A stretch of 60,451 nt of DNA, filler included. It is 7 parts of 7 records of this genome, joined end to end, with 100 filler letters (N's around TTAATTAATTAA, not from the genome) between each part and the next. Parts side by side here need not be neighbours in the genome. Positions count along the whole stretch, not along the records: positions 45,945 to 53,040 come from SRR31156797_9484; positions 53,141 to 60,451 come from SRR31156797_9502; 5 more parts are not named here. One strand, 5' to 3'. Positions 48,998 through 59,532 of the stretch are shown piece by piece. Numbering within the stretch: position 1 is the first letter of the stretch; each line of letters opens with the position of its first letter. Made by a program: the position numbers and the translations under genes. The notes below the pieces were generated by a model. The model ran no database searches. It was not told where the DNA came from and worked only from the letters and a program-made list of their open reading frames with translations.

Positions 48998-50068
48998 CTA
49001 TATTTTAACCAAATCAGTAGATACTTTGAACAAAGATTCACTTCCTGTCTTGGTTACTACACATGTATTTTCTATTCTTACTCCGCCTAAGCCTGGTATA
49101 TAGATGCCTGGTTCAACAGTTACAATCATGTTTTCCTCCAGCACATCACTTGCATTAGGTGATAAATTTGGATACTCATGAATATTTAAACCTACTCCAT
49201 GACCTAAGCTATGTCCGAAATATTCTCCATATCCACAAGATGCAATATAATCTCTTGCTACCTTATCAACATCCTTGCAGAGAGCTCCAGGCTTAAGTGC
49301 ATTTTGCCCTCTATACTGCGCTTCACGAACTATTTCATATATTTCCTGCATTTTTGCACTAGGCTCGCCTACTGCATATGTTCTGGTCATATCAGATTTA
49401 TATCCGCCTATTGCTGCACCGAAGTCCAGTGTGACCATTTCATCCCTTTGAATTATTTTGTCACTAGTTTCAGCATGAGGCATAGAGCCATTTACACCTG
49501 ATGCAATAATCATATCAAACGCATTTTCGGCGTGAAATTTCTTCTTCATTATATAATGTATTTCAGCTTCCAAATCAAGCTCAGTGATTCCCGGCTTCGT
49601 CAGATGATACGCCATATCAACTAAGTAATCTGTTGCTTTTGCAGCTTTTCGCATTATAACCAGCTCATCCAAATCCTTAACCTTACGAATAGTCATACCG
49701 ACAGATTTAGTTGGTATCATATTAAGGCTTGAGAATTTTGCCTTCATCGTATTAAATTCATCACATGTCATAACAGCCGCTTCATAGCATATACTGTTAA
49801 TCTCTAAGCTCCTGCATGTTTCTTCAATTTTTGAATACATTTCGCCGATTTTAAACTCAATTATCTCGAAACCTTCAGCTTGATTACCAGCCTGTTCAGT
49901 ATATCTGCCATCTGTAATTATCGCACAGCCTTTTTCAGATATTATGGCTACACCTTCTCCAGTATAACCACTGAAATAGAACATATTATTTCTATCATGA
50001 AGCATAAAGCCGTTTGCATTATTAATACTAGCTTGTGTAAGTAATTTGTTTATTCTCATTAAGTTCAT
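48998..50068 (-). CDS. Xaa-Pro peptidase (M24 family)
   Basis: TDGRY, LDFGA, SDMTRT, HSLGHGVG..IHE, TVEPGIY, GVRIE. Confidence 0.94.
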   Translation of the reverse strand: MNLMRINKLLTQASINNANGFMLHDRNNMFYFSGYTGEGVAIISEKGCAIITDGRYTEQAGNQAEGFEIIEFKIGEMYSKIEETCRSLEINSICYEAAVMTCDEFNTMKAKFSSLNMIPTKSVGMTIRKVKDLDELVIMRKAAKATDYLVDMAYHLTKPGITELDLEAEIHYIMKKKFHAENAFDMIIASGVNGSMPHAETSDKIIQRDEMVTLDFGAAIGGYKSDMTRTYAVGEPSAKMQEIYEIVREAQYRGQNALKPGALCKDVDKVARDYIASCGYGEYFGHSLGHGVGLNIHEYPNLSPNASDVLEENMIVTVEPGIYIPGLGGVRIENTCVVTKTGSESLFKVSTDLVKI

Positions 50069-50207
50069 TACGTCACCTGTCTAACCCTCTATATAATATA
50101 AAATTTAACATGATGCATATACGCACACTAGATAGTATTATAGCATATTTTATATTATTTTTGTACTTTTGAAATAGAAAAATACCTTATTTATTAAAAA
50201 CAGCATA

Positions 50208-51074
50208 TCAAAGCAGTTTGGTATACATATCTTTCATAATAAGAGCATCATTTATCATTGTATTCTTTGATTCGCAGATTATTACTGCTGTCATCTTCCT
50301 CTTTATTAGCTGATGAACAAAATGCTTAAAAAACGGACCATATTCTTCATCCTCAAATGTCAGATGTCTTCGCTCACCAGAATTAGTATATTCCACATGA
50401 GAAAAGTGAATATGTATATTCCTCATTCTGTAATTACCCAGTTCATTTTCAACTGCATCAAGTATATTGCTATAATTTACTTCTGACTGCAATGAACCAT
50501 GACGTCTGGCATTCAGATGTCCAAAATCAAGAGTAGGTACTATTCTGTCATCTAATTTACAAATACTTATAATTTCTTTTAAATTTCCCAGTTGATTTTT
50601 CTTCCCCATAGTTTCAGGGCAGATAATTATATCATCTAGTCCTATATTATCTATTTCTGAAATAAGCATAGGCATAGTATCAAGCAGTATATCCATCGCA
50701 TGAGTACGTGTCATTTTCCTGCAGGTTCCGGGATGAAATACTACCCTTTGTGCGCCAAACTCTTTTGCGATTTTCAAGGATTCAATAATATAGTTAATAG
50801 AGTTCCTTCGCTTTTCCTCCTCAGGATTTGCCAGATTTATATAATAAGGCGCATGAACACTCATACCTATATTATTTTTTGCGGCTTCTTTTCCAATCAA
50901 TCTTGCTGTTTCGTTCCCAATATTTATTCCTCTACCGCAAGGATACTCATACCAATTAAGTCCAACTTCACTTAAATATTTTGGCATATCCATAGATTTC
51001 TTATAACCAGCATCATAGAACATCTGTCCATTTCCCGCCGGCCCAAAGTAGGTATATTCTCTATTCTTTGTCAA
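50208..51074 (-). CDS. Endonuclease IV-like (AP endonuclease family 2) TIM-barrel protein
   Basis: SVHAPYYINL, VFHPG, PETMGK, DFGHLNAR, HIHFS, GERRHL, ICES. Confidence 0.88.
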   Translation of the reverse strand: MTKNREYTYFGPAGNGQMFYDAGYKKSMDMPKYLSEVGLNWYEYPCGRGINIGNETARLIGKEAAKNNIGMSVHAPYYINLANPEEEKRRNSINYIIESLKIAKEFGAQRVVFHPGTCRKMTRTHAMDILLDTMPMLISEIDNIGLDDIIICPETMGKKNQLGNLKEIISICKLDDRIVPTLDFGHLNARRHGSLQSEVNYSNILDAVENELGNYRMRNIHIHFSHVEYTNSGERRHLTFEDEEYGPFFKHFVHQLIKRKMTAVIICESKNTMINDALIMKDMYTKLL

Positions 51075-51558
51075 AATTACCTCTTACATCTCGTCCAAGA
51101 ATAACTCTTTCAATAAATCTATTTATTCTTGTCAGTTTATGTTCCACATCACTCATTGGCTCAACCAGAATACACTGTAAACCAGAAATCTTAGCACCTA
51201 GATAATCAGTCACAAGCTGATCACCAATTACACATGTGTTTTTCTTCTTTATACCCATGTGTCTTCTCGCCTTATTAAAGGTAAAGGGCAATGGCTTTAG
51301 TGCTTGATGAAAATACTTAAAATCAGTACTGTCTAATACTTTGCTTACTCTTTCTAATCCACTGTTTGAAATAATACAGAATTTTACTCCCCTGTCTTCC
51401 AAATTCTTAAGCCAATCCAGAGATTCTTTGGAGATTTTAGTTTCATTCCAAGGCAGAAGTGTATTGTCCATATCAAGTAATATACCTTTGATATTATTTG
51501 ATTTAATTATATCTTCAGTGATATTGTAGATTCTATTATATATCTTTACAGATTTCAT
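51061..51558 (-). CDS. YqeG family HAD IIIA phosphatase
   Basis: LLDMDNTL, ISN, KP, VIGDQLVTD. Confidence 0.92.
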   Translation of the reverse strand: MKSVKIYNRIYNITEDIIKSNNIKGILLDMDNTLLPWNETKISKESLDWLKNLEDRGVKFCIISNSGLERVSKVLDSTDFKYFHQALKPLPFTFNKARRHMGIKKKNTCVIGDQLVTDYLGAKISGLQCILVEPMSDVEHKLTRINRFIERVILGRDVRGNFDKE

Positions 51559-51580
51559 ATTTTTATATCCCTTTTCTATC

Positions 51581-52321
51581 CTATATTATGCTGTAATCAA
51601 CAATCTTATTTGCTATACGTATATTAACTTCTTTATTTATCTGAGCCATGTTCCCTCCTCTGGTAAATGAATAACTTTCACTTTCATTAACAATTACATG
51701 GTCTATTACAGGAATATCAATAGTAGACATTACCACAGCTAAACGTCTGGTAAATAGTATATCCTCATTAGATGGTTCCACATTCCCAGCAGGATGATTA
51801 TGCGAAAATATTACCTGCGCACTATTGTATCTAATTGCTGACTCAACAATTGCCTTAGGGTGTATATTAATACCTCCTACTTCGCCGGTATTAACCAGTA
51901 CAGCTTGTATAAGTCTTAAACGGGAATCAAGACACAGCAGATAAAAAACCTCTTTATTATGACCAATATATAAATCATGAAGATATTTGCTTACCTTTGT
52001 TACTGAATTCAATGCATCCTTGGTCATTGCTTTCTGAGTATTATATAACCTCATGACTTTAGGATACATTGATAAATACACCGCAGTCCTAGTGGACATA
52101 CCTTTTATTTGTGCTAAATCTTCAACATGTGCATCCAGTACTCCAGCAAATGAACCGAATGAATCGATAAGTTCATGAGCCAAAGAATTTACATCCTTTC
52201 TTGGAATTGCATAAAACAACATTAATTCCAGTACTTCATGGGGAGCAAATCCTTCAATCCCAGAATTTGCATACCTGTTATACATTCTCTGCCTATGACT
52301 CTTGTGTTCATTATTATCCAT
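51581..52321 (-). CDS. radC: RadC/UPF0758 JAB-domain protein
   Basis: HRQR, ELMLFYAIPRKDVN, HhH, HNHPAG..EPS.ED, DHVIV. Confidence 0.93.
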   Translation of the reverse strand: MDNNEHKSHRQRMYNRYANSGIEGFAPHEVLELMLFYAIPRKDVNSLAHELIDSFGSFAGVLDAHVEDLAQIKGMSTRTAVYLSMYPKVMRLYNTQKAMTKDALNSVTKVSKYLHDLYIGHNKEVFYLLCLDSRLRLIQAVLVNTGEVGGINIHPKAIVESAIRYNSAQVIFSHNHPAGNVEPSNEDILFTRRLAVVMSTIDIPVIDHVIVNESESYSFTRGGNMAQINKEVNIRIANKIVDYSII

Positions 52322-52575
52322 TCTAATCCACTTTCCTATATCTAATATCTATTTATTCATATTTGCTTCTTTATATTAACATAAAATATTATCTCTTACT
52401 ATATAATATATATCTAGATTTTGCTAAAATATTTAGATTTCAGACCCATCTGCTTAACTTTTATCAAATTTTCAAGAAATTTCTAGTACAAATCTATTCA
52501 AAATATCACGATTTTTATACTATCCTGCTTGCTATATATATGTTTATAACATATAATGAGAGCGGAGGTTGTATT

Positions 52576-53040
52576 ATGACAAGTAGTACAGTTAAACTAT
52601 TCCGTAAATTTTCATCAGTTTTTACACTGTTTTTTATATTAATAATAATTATTTCTGAAGCCGCATCTACGGATGATATCATCCCCGTTACCAGCATTAC
52701 TGCCGAGCAGTCAGATATTATTCTTGCTGTAGGCAAATCTATTGAGCTTTCGCCAGAAATTATGCCAGAAGATGCTACAGATAAAACCATTATATTCACT
52801 TCAGAAGACAGTAATATAGTTACAGTTGAAAACAATATAATTACTGCACAGACTGCAGGCAGTACTATTATAACTGCAAGCTGGACAAATGATAATACTA
52901 TATCTGTGACTTATAGTGTTACATCTGTAGATATCAGTATAAATATTGAGCAACCGGATATCACTCTCGCTGTAGGTAAATCCATTGAGCTTTCACCTAC
53001 TGTTCTACCCGAAGATGCTCCTCTGGTATTTACATCTGCT
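52576..53040 (+). CDS. Secreted Ig-like (Big_2) repeat protein, 3'-truncated
   Basis: GGAGG RBS 52564-52568 and ATG 52576; signal peptide; two LAVGKSIELSP...PEDA units. Confidence 0.82.
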
Positions 53041-53140
53041 NNNNNNNNNNNNNNNNNNNNNNNNNNNNNNNNNNNNNNNNNNNNTTAATTAATTAANNNN
53101 NNNNNNNNNNNNNNNNNNNNNNNNNNNNNNNNNNNNNNNN
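53041..53140. other. Artificial contig spacer
   Basis: N44-TTAATTAATTAA-N44. Confidence 0.99.
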
Positions 53141-53973
53141 CCAATAAATGTGGTAAAATAAATAGTCTCTTTTAAAATAAGATAAATAAACACCAGCGAC
53201 AAAAAGGGCGCGAAAAAAACCAGGTTTCCAATTTTTGCATTGCTTTTCGTAAGATTCATGGCCTTTAACCACAAAACATAAGTAATCCCGATCTCAAAAA
53301 TTCCCGAATAAATCGCAGCTCCCAGGGCCACACTATAATGCACCTTAAACGAAGAAAATAAAGCAACAACGGGTATCAGGTAGAGCAATCCAATGGCAAA
53401 GTTCAGAAATAACTTTACGACTTCATCCCGCTTGTCTTTTACATTAAATATCCAGTATAACGACCAAAGAATTGAACTACTTACTGCCAACAATACACCC
53501 AAAGGATCAGTGTTCGCAAAACCATCGAAACTGCCCTGCGATGAGATAAAAAACACCCCGGTAAAACTAATGAACAAAGCCATAAAACTTATCCATCCTA
53601 TTTTTTGATGAAGCAAAGGCACAGACAGCAATGCAAGTGTTATGGGCCAAATCATGTTTAACGGTTGTGCAACCTGCGCTGGCAATAACGAATAGGCCTT
53701 AAACAATACCAGGTAATATAGTAGAGGATTAAACGCCCCCATCAGTATCGAATAAAGCCACTGCTGTTTGGTCTGTTTAAATATTAAATGGGTTTTGCGC
53801 TGAATCAACAAAACCAGAAAAAGCAATACAACCGTTACTGCTGAAACGTAAAAAATAAGTTGGACAAAATCATACTCCCTAAGAGCTAGCTTAAAAGAAG
53901 TGGCAACTGTTGACCAAAATAAAACAGCAAGACCGGCAAAAAGATATGATTTTGATTTATTGGATATCTGCAT
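53141..53973 (-). CDS. DMT/EamA family transporter (3'-truncated)
   Basis: Multiple TMs; WSTVATSFK, AYSLLPAQVAQPLN..WP, GITYVLWLKA. Confidence 0.92.
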
Positions 53974-54080
53974 AGAGTCCTCACTTTCAAGGTTGGTGTT
54001 TTTTTATCGAAGAATCATATTTCTCCTCTTCTATCCCGAAATTCCAGGAAGGGATCGTTGAAATAACCAACTGCTTTAAA

Positions 54081-55970
54081 CTAAAACTCTGTATTCTCAA
54101 TGGCACGTTTAAATATACCTTCCTTTCCCTCCGGTTCTTTATCGGGATAAATCTCGCGAAGCTCTCGGTATTTTGCCCTCGACTCCTCCGTAAATACACT
54201 CCCGGGATGATTGGTAAGCATTTGTTTGTACAAGTCTTTTGCCTTTTCCTTTTGATCAAGATTGTAATGATAAATTTCAGCTAATAAATACAGAGCATCA
54301 TCTCCCAAAAGATCATAACTAAAATCATCTACAATTGTTTTCAAGTATTCTGCTGCTGCTGCATATTGTTGATTCTCCAATTCTATTTTTGCCTTTCGGT
54401 ACAAAATATTATCTACCAAACTGTGGTAGGGATAAATTTCAGTTATAGAGTCGAGTATCGCCATTGCCTCTTCTTTTCGGTTCTGAAAAAACAGCAAATC
54501 AGCTTTCGAAAACATTTTTAGCGGTACCGCAGTAGTATCAAGGTTCAGGTTATTTCCAATAAGCATTGAAAGTGCCATCGCATCATTTGCAGTTAGTTTC
54601 GAAGTACTGGCCTTTAACACATCCAGTTGTGCTTTGGCCCAACTAAAGTTCCCCATATAGTAGCCAAGCTTTGCTTTTTTTAGTTTTACTTCATCTCCTA
54701 AACTATTCTTTTTATTGTCCTCAATCACCTGCGAGTATATCAACATTGCTTCCCACGGATCATCGGCATACACATAAATATCGGCCATTTCTGTTTTTAA
54801 ACGCCCCAGTTGCTCCGGTTTTAAACGCGGCACTTTTATTCCTGCTTCTAAAACGTCAAGAGCATTTTCCGAATCGCTCAGATAAAACGCCAGAAGATGA
54901 GCATACTCCCTAACCAGATTTAAAGTTGCAGGACCGATTTTCAGATATGCTAAACCGGTTTCAAATTCATTAGCCAGTTTTTTCCCTTTTTCAAGACCTT
55001 TCGGGTATTCAGCAATATATTCGAGGTATGAAGCATGAATATGTCGCCCGTAGGCTTGTGCATAAAATGTCGACTCGGTTCCTTTATCCATCAAATACTG
55101 AAAGGCTTTTTTTGCTTCAACATACTCCTTATTTCTTAAGGCTATGTTTCCGAGGCTTGCTATTTGCTGTGCTTCCTCTCCGGTTCGCCTGTCAAGTGCA
55201 ATCGACTGCCTTAAAGCATTTGAAAACTTTTTTTCCTGGAGAAAAAACCAGATTAACAAACGATTGTAACCAATTACATTTGGTTCAGCCTGTACCCGCT
55301 TTAACACTTGTTTCCTGAATTGATCCCGTAATCCGTTATCAATATCAAGGCGCATTGCAGATGACAGACTACTTTCTACCCTTTTTAAGTGTTTTTCACT
55401 TTCGCGTAATACGTTAAGGTATTCCTCAATCATGTTGTTGTAATCGCGGAGGTACATATAAATACGCGCTAACTCGTAATTAAACTGTTCGTTCGCCAAT
55501 ACATCTCTACCTTTTAAGTATGTATTTTTTGCCCTTTCAAAATCGCGCCACGCGATAAACGAATTAGCGGTTGTAAGATAAGCTCCTTTATTGGCAGGAA
55601 TTACATCGATTGCCTTCTGAAACATTTGTTCTGCTTCTTCATTTCGATTCTGCTCCTTCAACACCTGCCCCCAATTAACATAGTATTCAGGCCGTGGTAT
55701 TTTCTGTTTTTTTATTTCCCGTTTTATTTCACCTTCGGCTTCGGCAAATCGTTTTAGTTTAACCAAACTGGTGATGTAATACCTGAAATAGGTCCTGTTA
55801 CGGGTTAGCTTATGCACTTCTTTCAATAAAGGAGCAGCTTTTTCGTAATCTTTTGCATTATAATATTTTATTGCCAGACTCGACTTTGTTTGAACCTCGG
55901 ATTGTTTTCTTTGACCAAATCCAACATTCACTCCAATAACCAATACCAGCACGACTAAAATATACCTCAT
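54081..55970 (-). CDS. Secreted tetratricopeptide repeat protein
   Basis: Signal peptide from ATG 55970 (promoter-like TATTTTTG overlaps the longer start); TPRs; WAKAQLDVLKASTSKLTANDA. Confidence 0.88.
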   Translation of the reverse strand: MRYILVVLVLVIGVNVGFGQRKQSEVQTKSSLAIKYYNAKDYEKAAPLLKEVHKLTRNRTYFRYYITSLVKLKRFAEAEGEIKREIKKQKIPRPEYYVNWGQVLKEQNRNEEAEQMFQKAIDVIPANKGAYLTTANSFIAWRDFERAKNTYLKGRDVLANEQFNYELARIYMYLRDYNNMIEEYLNVLRESEKHLKRVESSLSSAMRLDIDNGLRDQFRKQVLKRVQAEPNVIGYNRLLIWFFLQEKKFSNALRQSIALDRRTGEEAQQIASLGNIALRNKEYVEAKKAFQYLMDKGTESTFYAQAYGRHIHASYLEYIAEYPKGLEKGKKLANEFETGLAYLKIGPATLNLVREYAHLLAFYLSDSENALDVLEAGIKVPRLKPEQLGRLKTEMADIYVYADDPWEAMLIYSQVIEDNKKNSLGDEVKLKKAKLGYYMGNFSWAKAQLDVLKASTSKLTANDAMALSMLIGNNLNLDTTAVPLKMFSKADLLFFQNRKEEAMAILDSITEIYPYHSLVDNILYRKAKIELENQQYAAAAEYLKTIVDDFSYDLLGDDALYLLAEIYHYNLDQKEKAKDLYKQMLTNHPGSVFTEESRAKYRELREIYPDKEPEGKEGIFKRAIENTEF

Positions 55971-56108
55971 AGTTGTTTCTGTGTTGTACAAAAATAATAC
56001 AGTTGTTTAAACTATGCTTTTTTTCAGAACAATTTTGCCTCTCGGTAGTTTATCAGTTTACTTTGATTATAAATTATACATTTGCACAAATAATTGTTTG
56101 ATTGAATT

Positions 56109-56972
56109 ATGGCACATGAGTTGAACGGCAGGGAACGGCTCCCACGATGGATGAAGATGAAAATGCCAAAAGGTGAAAGTTACTCGAAAGTTAAAAACCT
56201 GGTTAACAAGCACGGTTTACATACCATTTGCACCAGTGGTAACTGCCCTAATATTGGAGAATGCTGGAACCGCGGAACAGCAACTTTTATGATTTTAGGT
56301 AACATATGTACACGTAAATGCAAATTCTGTGCAGTACCCAATGGCCGACCATTACCACCCGACTTGGAAGAACCCAAAAAACTGGCAGAATCGGTTCGGA
56401 TAATGGGCGTAAAACATTGTGTGATAACTTCGGTTGATCGCGACGACCTGGAAGACCAGGGAGCAGGAATTTGGGCAGAAACCATTCGCGAAGTAAAACG
56501 TGTAAATCCGGAAACAAAAATAGAAGTGCTTATCCCCGACTTCAGAGGTAAAACAGAACTGGTTCAACAAGTGATAGATGCACAACCTGATGTAATTTCA
56601 CATAACCTGGAAACCACCGAAGAACGTACGCCCTTTATTCGTTTTGCTGCCAAATACCGCCGAAGCCTGGAAGTAATAAAATACATTTCAGAGAACTTTG
56701 GAGTAGCCAAATCAGGAATTATGCTTGGACTTGGTGAGAAAGAAGAAGATGTACTAAAAACGATGGATGATTTGTTGGAAGCTGGCTGCAAAGTAATGAC
56801 CATTGGTCAATACCTGGCGCCAACACCTAAACATATGCCCGTTCAAGAATACATTAAACCTGAACAATTTGCTGAATACAAAAAAATTGGACTCGAGAAA
56901 GGCTTTAAGTTTGTAGAAAGCTCACCGCTTGTGAGAAGTTCGTACAGGGCTGAAGAGCATGTAAAAGCTTGA
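56109..56972 (+). CDS. lipA: Lipoyl synthase
   Basis: CTSGNCPNIGEC, CTRKCKFC, HNLET, VRSSY; promoter-like TACATTTG 56077-56084. Confidence 0.97.
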   Translation: MAHELNGRERLPRWMKMKMPKGESYSKVKNLVNKHGLHTICTSGNCPNIGECWNRGTATFMILGNICTRKCKFCAVPNGRPLPPDLEEPKKLAESVRIMGVKHCVITSVDRDDLEDQGAGIWAETIREVKRVNPETKIEVLIPDFRGKTELVQQVIDAQPDVISHNLETTEERTPFIRFAAKYRRSLEVIKYISENFGVAKSGIMLGLGEKEEDVLKTMDDLLEAGCKVMTIGQYLAPTPKHMPVQEYIKPEQFAEYKKIGLEKGFKFVESSPLVRSSYRAEEHVKA

Positions 56973-57046
56973 TTCGTTCAAAGTTTCAACTTCAAAAATT
57001 TGAAAATCGGAGTAAGGCATAGGCTATCAATTGATTTAATAACAAA

Positions 57047-57715
57047 ATGGCAGATTTTAACTTTACAGATTTAGGGGTAAAAGATTACAAAGAGTGCTGG
57101 GACTACCAGGAAGAATGTTTAAAAGAAGTTTCGGACGACAAATTGAAAAACAAGAAGCCCTCTGATAAAAACCACTTTATTTTGGTTGAGCACCCGCATG
57201 TTTATACTTTGGGCAAAAGTGGCGACGAAAAAAACATGTTGGCTAATACCGATTTTTTGAAGAAAATTGATGCCACTTATTATAAGATAAACCGTGGTGG
57301 AGATATCACTTACCATGGTCCAGGGCAATTGGTAGGCTACCCAATTATCGATTTGGAGAACTACAAGATTGGCGTACGCGAATACATTGAAAAAATGGAA
57401 GATGCCATAATTGCCGCTATTGCCGAATACGGGCTGGAAGGGGGCCGTAAAGCAGGAGCTACCGGAGTTTGGTTGCAGGCAGAACACCGGGTACGCGCGC
57501 GTAAAATCTGTGCCATTGGCGTTCGTGTAAGTCGCTATGTTACCATGCACGGTTTTGCCTTAAACGTAAACACCGATATGCGCTACTACAATTACATTAA
57601 TCCTTGTGGTTTTAATTCGTCGGATGTTACTTCCATTCAGCAGGAATTGGGTAAAGAAATTTCGATGGAAGAGGTAAAAAAGATCGTCATTGAGAAATTT
57701 AACAAAATCTATTAA
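57047..57715 (+). CDS. lipB: Octanoyltransferase
   Basis: EHPHVYTLG, RGGDITYHGPGQLVGYPI, KICAIG, HGFALN, PCG. Confidence 0.97.
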   Translation: MADFNFTDLGVKDYKECWDYQEECLKEVSDDKLKNKKPSDKNHFILVEHPHVYTLGKSGDEKNMLANTDFLKKIDATYYKINRGGDITYHGPGQLVGYPIIDLENYKIGVREYIEKMEDAIIAAIAEYGLEGGRKAGATGVWLQAEHRVRARKICAIGVRVSRYVTMHGFALNVNTDMRYYNYINPCGFNSSDVTSIQQELGKEISMEEVKKIVIEKFNKIY

Positions 57716-57739
57716 TCATCTACAGCGAAACACTCCTTT

Positions 57740-58627
57740 TTATCGTCGCGAATCGTGCTCTTTAATTTTGTTAATTATAACCGGCTCCGCATTTTCATAC
57801 ATCTCTCGAATAAAATCATCGTTAAATGGCATTGTTCTTTCCTCAAAAGCCATGTCGTTTACCCGTTCGAATAAACGTTCCTTGGCCGATTGGATATCTT
57901 TCCCGTAAATATGATAAGAGTCGGCATGCCAATTCATACGTCCCAGCTTAACTGTTTTTCCTGTTTTTTCTGCAACCCCTGTTGCAATTACTTCCTTATT
58001 AAACTGAATAAAACCAAACATATTCATAAAACTCGCTCCCCAGGCATCGTTACTTCGAAAACGAATGTTGGAGTTTAACCAGTACACACCATCTTCGTCT
58101 TCTAAAATACGGTACCAAAGCGACTGTAAACATGGAGGATCATAACAAGTAAGATCCAGGTTCGGCATCCAGGTAATCATTTGTGCCTGCCTTGTAAACG
58201 GCTGTTCCGTCAGCTTGCGTATTACATTTTCAATCTGATCCACTTTAAACGGCCCCACTTCAGCCGATTCTCCGTCAACCATATCTTTCCATACGCCATA
58301 ATTCTTTAATCGCCCGTGATATGTATATTCCCAACGCGTATCTCCTTTGTCGTTCATGTTTTTTACCCAGTGGTCTTTGTAGCCCTTTAGCTCCAATACA
58401 TATTCTTTTAAGTCGTCGATACCACCCGGAAAAGCCATGTGGATCATTGGATCACTTTCCGGCTCCAATATGGTCATATTCATGGTACAATCAATACTTA
58501 AGGGATCACCCGGTTTATCGTATTGTGTTTTAAAACGTGTGCCTTTTCCGTATAAATAGATTAAAGCAGTTTCGTAAGTTTCGGCCAAAGATTTACCGGA
58601 AACATTTATAACAGGAATATTCTTCAT
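57740..58627 (-). CDS. thyA: Thymidylate synthase-family protein, archaeal-like type
   Basis: YTYHGRL, DQI, DPPCLQ (catalytic Cys), FRSND, Asn at the Asn177-equivalent position, SYHIY. Confidence 0.8.
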   Translation of the reverse strand: MKNIPVINVSGKSLAETYETALIYLYGKGTRFKTQYDKPGDPLSIDCTMNMTILEPESDPMIHMAFPGGIDDLKEYVLELKGYKDHWVKNMNDKGDTRWEYTYHGRLKNYGVWKDMVDGESAEVGPFKVDQIENVIRKLTEQPFTRQAQMITWMPNLDLTCYDPPCLQSLWYRILEDEDGVYWLNSNIRFRSNDAWGASFMNMFGFIQFNKEVIATGVAEKTGKTVKLGRMNWHADSYHIYGKDIQSAKERLFERVNDMAFEERTMPFNDDFIREMYENAEPVIINKIKEHDSRR

Positions 58628-58734
58628 TTTGATTGATTTAGAATTTCGCAGTTTATAAATATAAGCAATGAAAATGTACCGGCTAAGAGACTAAGCTTAT
58701 ACTTTTCAACAACTTATCGCTAGTAAAAACAAAA

Positions 58735-58763
58735 TGCCATCCCTTTTTATAAAAGAGATGGCA
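58735..58763 (-). terminator. Terminator after the PhnA-domain gene
   Basis: TGCCATC...GATGGCA stem with T-tract on the minus strand. Confidence 0.7.
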
Positions 58764-58790
58764 CTTTATAATTTATTTCCCCGAAAAAAC

Positions 58791-59366
58791 TTAGTTCTTT
58801 TTTACATACTGGGTTAATATAACAATGTGCTGCCCATTTACCTTTCCTTCAATTTGTTCAGGATTATCGTGTACCAACGAAATGTTGCGAACAGCAGTAC
58901 CTCGTTTTGCAGTAAAACCACCACCTTTCACATTCAGGTCTTTAATCAGCACCACCGTATCGCCGGCTTGTAAAACGGCACCATTGCTATCCAGGTGTTT
59001 TATCTGTTCATCCGGATCAATTCCTTCGCCAGTCGCTTCAGCCCAGGCTTGTGTTTCTTCATCCAAATAAAGCATATCCAGCAAATCTTGCGGCCATCCT
59101 TCGTTTTTCAGCCGGTTTAGCATACGCCAGGCCATTACCTGAACTGCAGGCACAGTACTCCACATGCTATCGTTTAAACAACGCCAATGGTTAGGGGCCA
59201 TCGTTTCCGGATTTTCAATTTGCGAAGAGCAAGTAGAACAAATATAAATGCTGTCTTTCTCGCTTTCCTGTGTTGCCGGAGCAACTGTATAAACGCCAAG
59301 CTTATCTTCCGATCCGCAAAGTTCGCAAACCGATGTACGTTTCTGTAAGTTTCTTTCTATGCTCAT
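58791..59366 (-). CDS. PhnA/YjdM-domain protein with N-terminal zinc finger
   Basis: CELC...CSTC, HWRCLNDSMWS; C-terminal DSNGAVLQAGDTVVLIKDLNVKG...KRGTAVRNI. Confidence 0.9.
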   Translation of the reverse strand: MSIERNLQKRTSVCELCGSEDKLGVYTVAPATQESEKDSIYICSTCSSQIENPETMAPNHWRCLNDSMWSTVPAVQVMAWRMLNRLKNEGWPQDLLDMLYLDEETQAWAEATGEGIDPDEQIKHLDSNGAVLQAGDTVVLIKDLNVKGGGFTAKRGTAVRNISLVHDNPEQIEGKVNGQHIVILTQYVKKN

Positions 59367-59380
59367 TTTTTATCGTTTTA

Positions 59381-59461
59381 CTGTTATTTCAAGTGAGGCA
59401 TTAAGAAGAAATCTATCACCATAAGAAACAGATTTCTCCTCCTTTGTTGTCGAAATGACAG
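59381..59461. repeat. REP-like nested inverted repeat
   Basis: Outer CTGTTATTTC...GAAATGACAG; inner AGAAATCT (59407-59414) / AGATTTCT (59430-59437). Confidence 0.6.
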
Positions 59462-59532
59462 CTAATAAATTGATATGCTTAAAATAAATCTATGGTTATC
59501 CACCGAATCTGTTTTTCAACCGCGTACTCTCG

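Noticed and set aside
51581..52321. radC as a marker of a mobile or defence element
   Set aside because: Full-length HhH+JAB form among housekeeping genes, with no mobility genes nearby.
52363..52575. Long N-terminal extension of the Ig-repeat ORF (similarly glmU 26144, galT 23615, hemN 18078)
   Set aside because: Downstream ATGs with proper RBS or family-typical N-termini are better starts.
57740..59366. ThyA-like + PhnA-domain genes as a DNA hypermodification system
   Set aside because: Asn (not Asp) at the specificity position, a terminator between the genes, and no kinase, glycosyltransferase or phage context.
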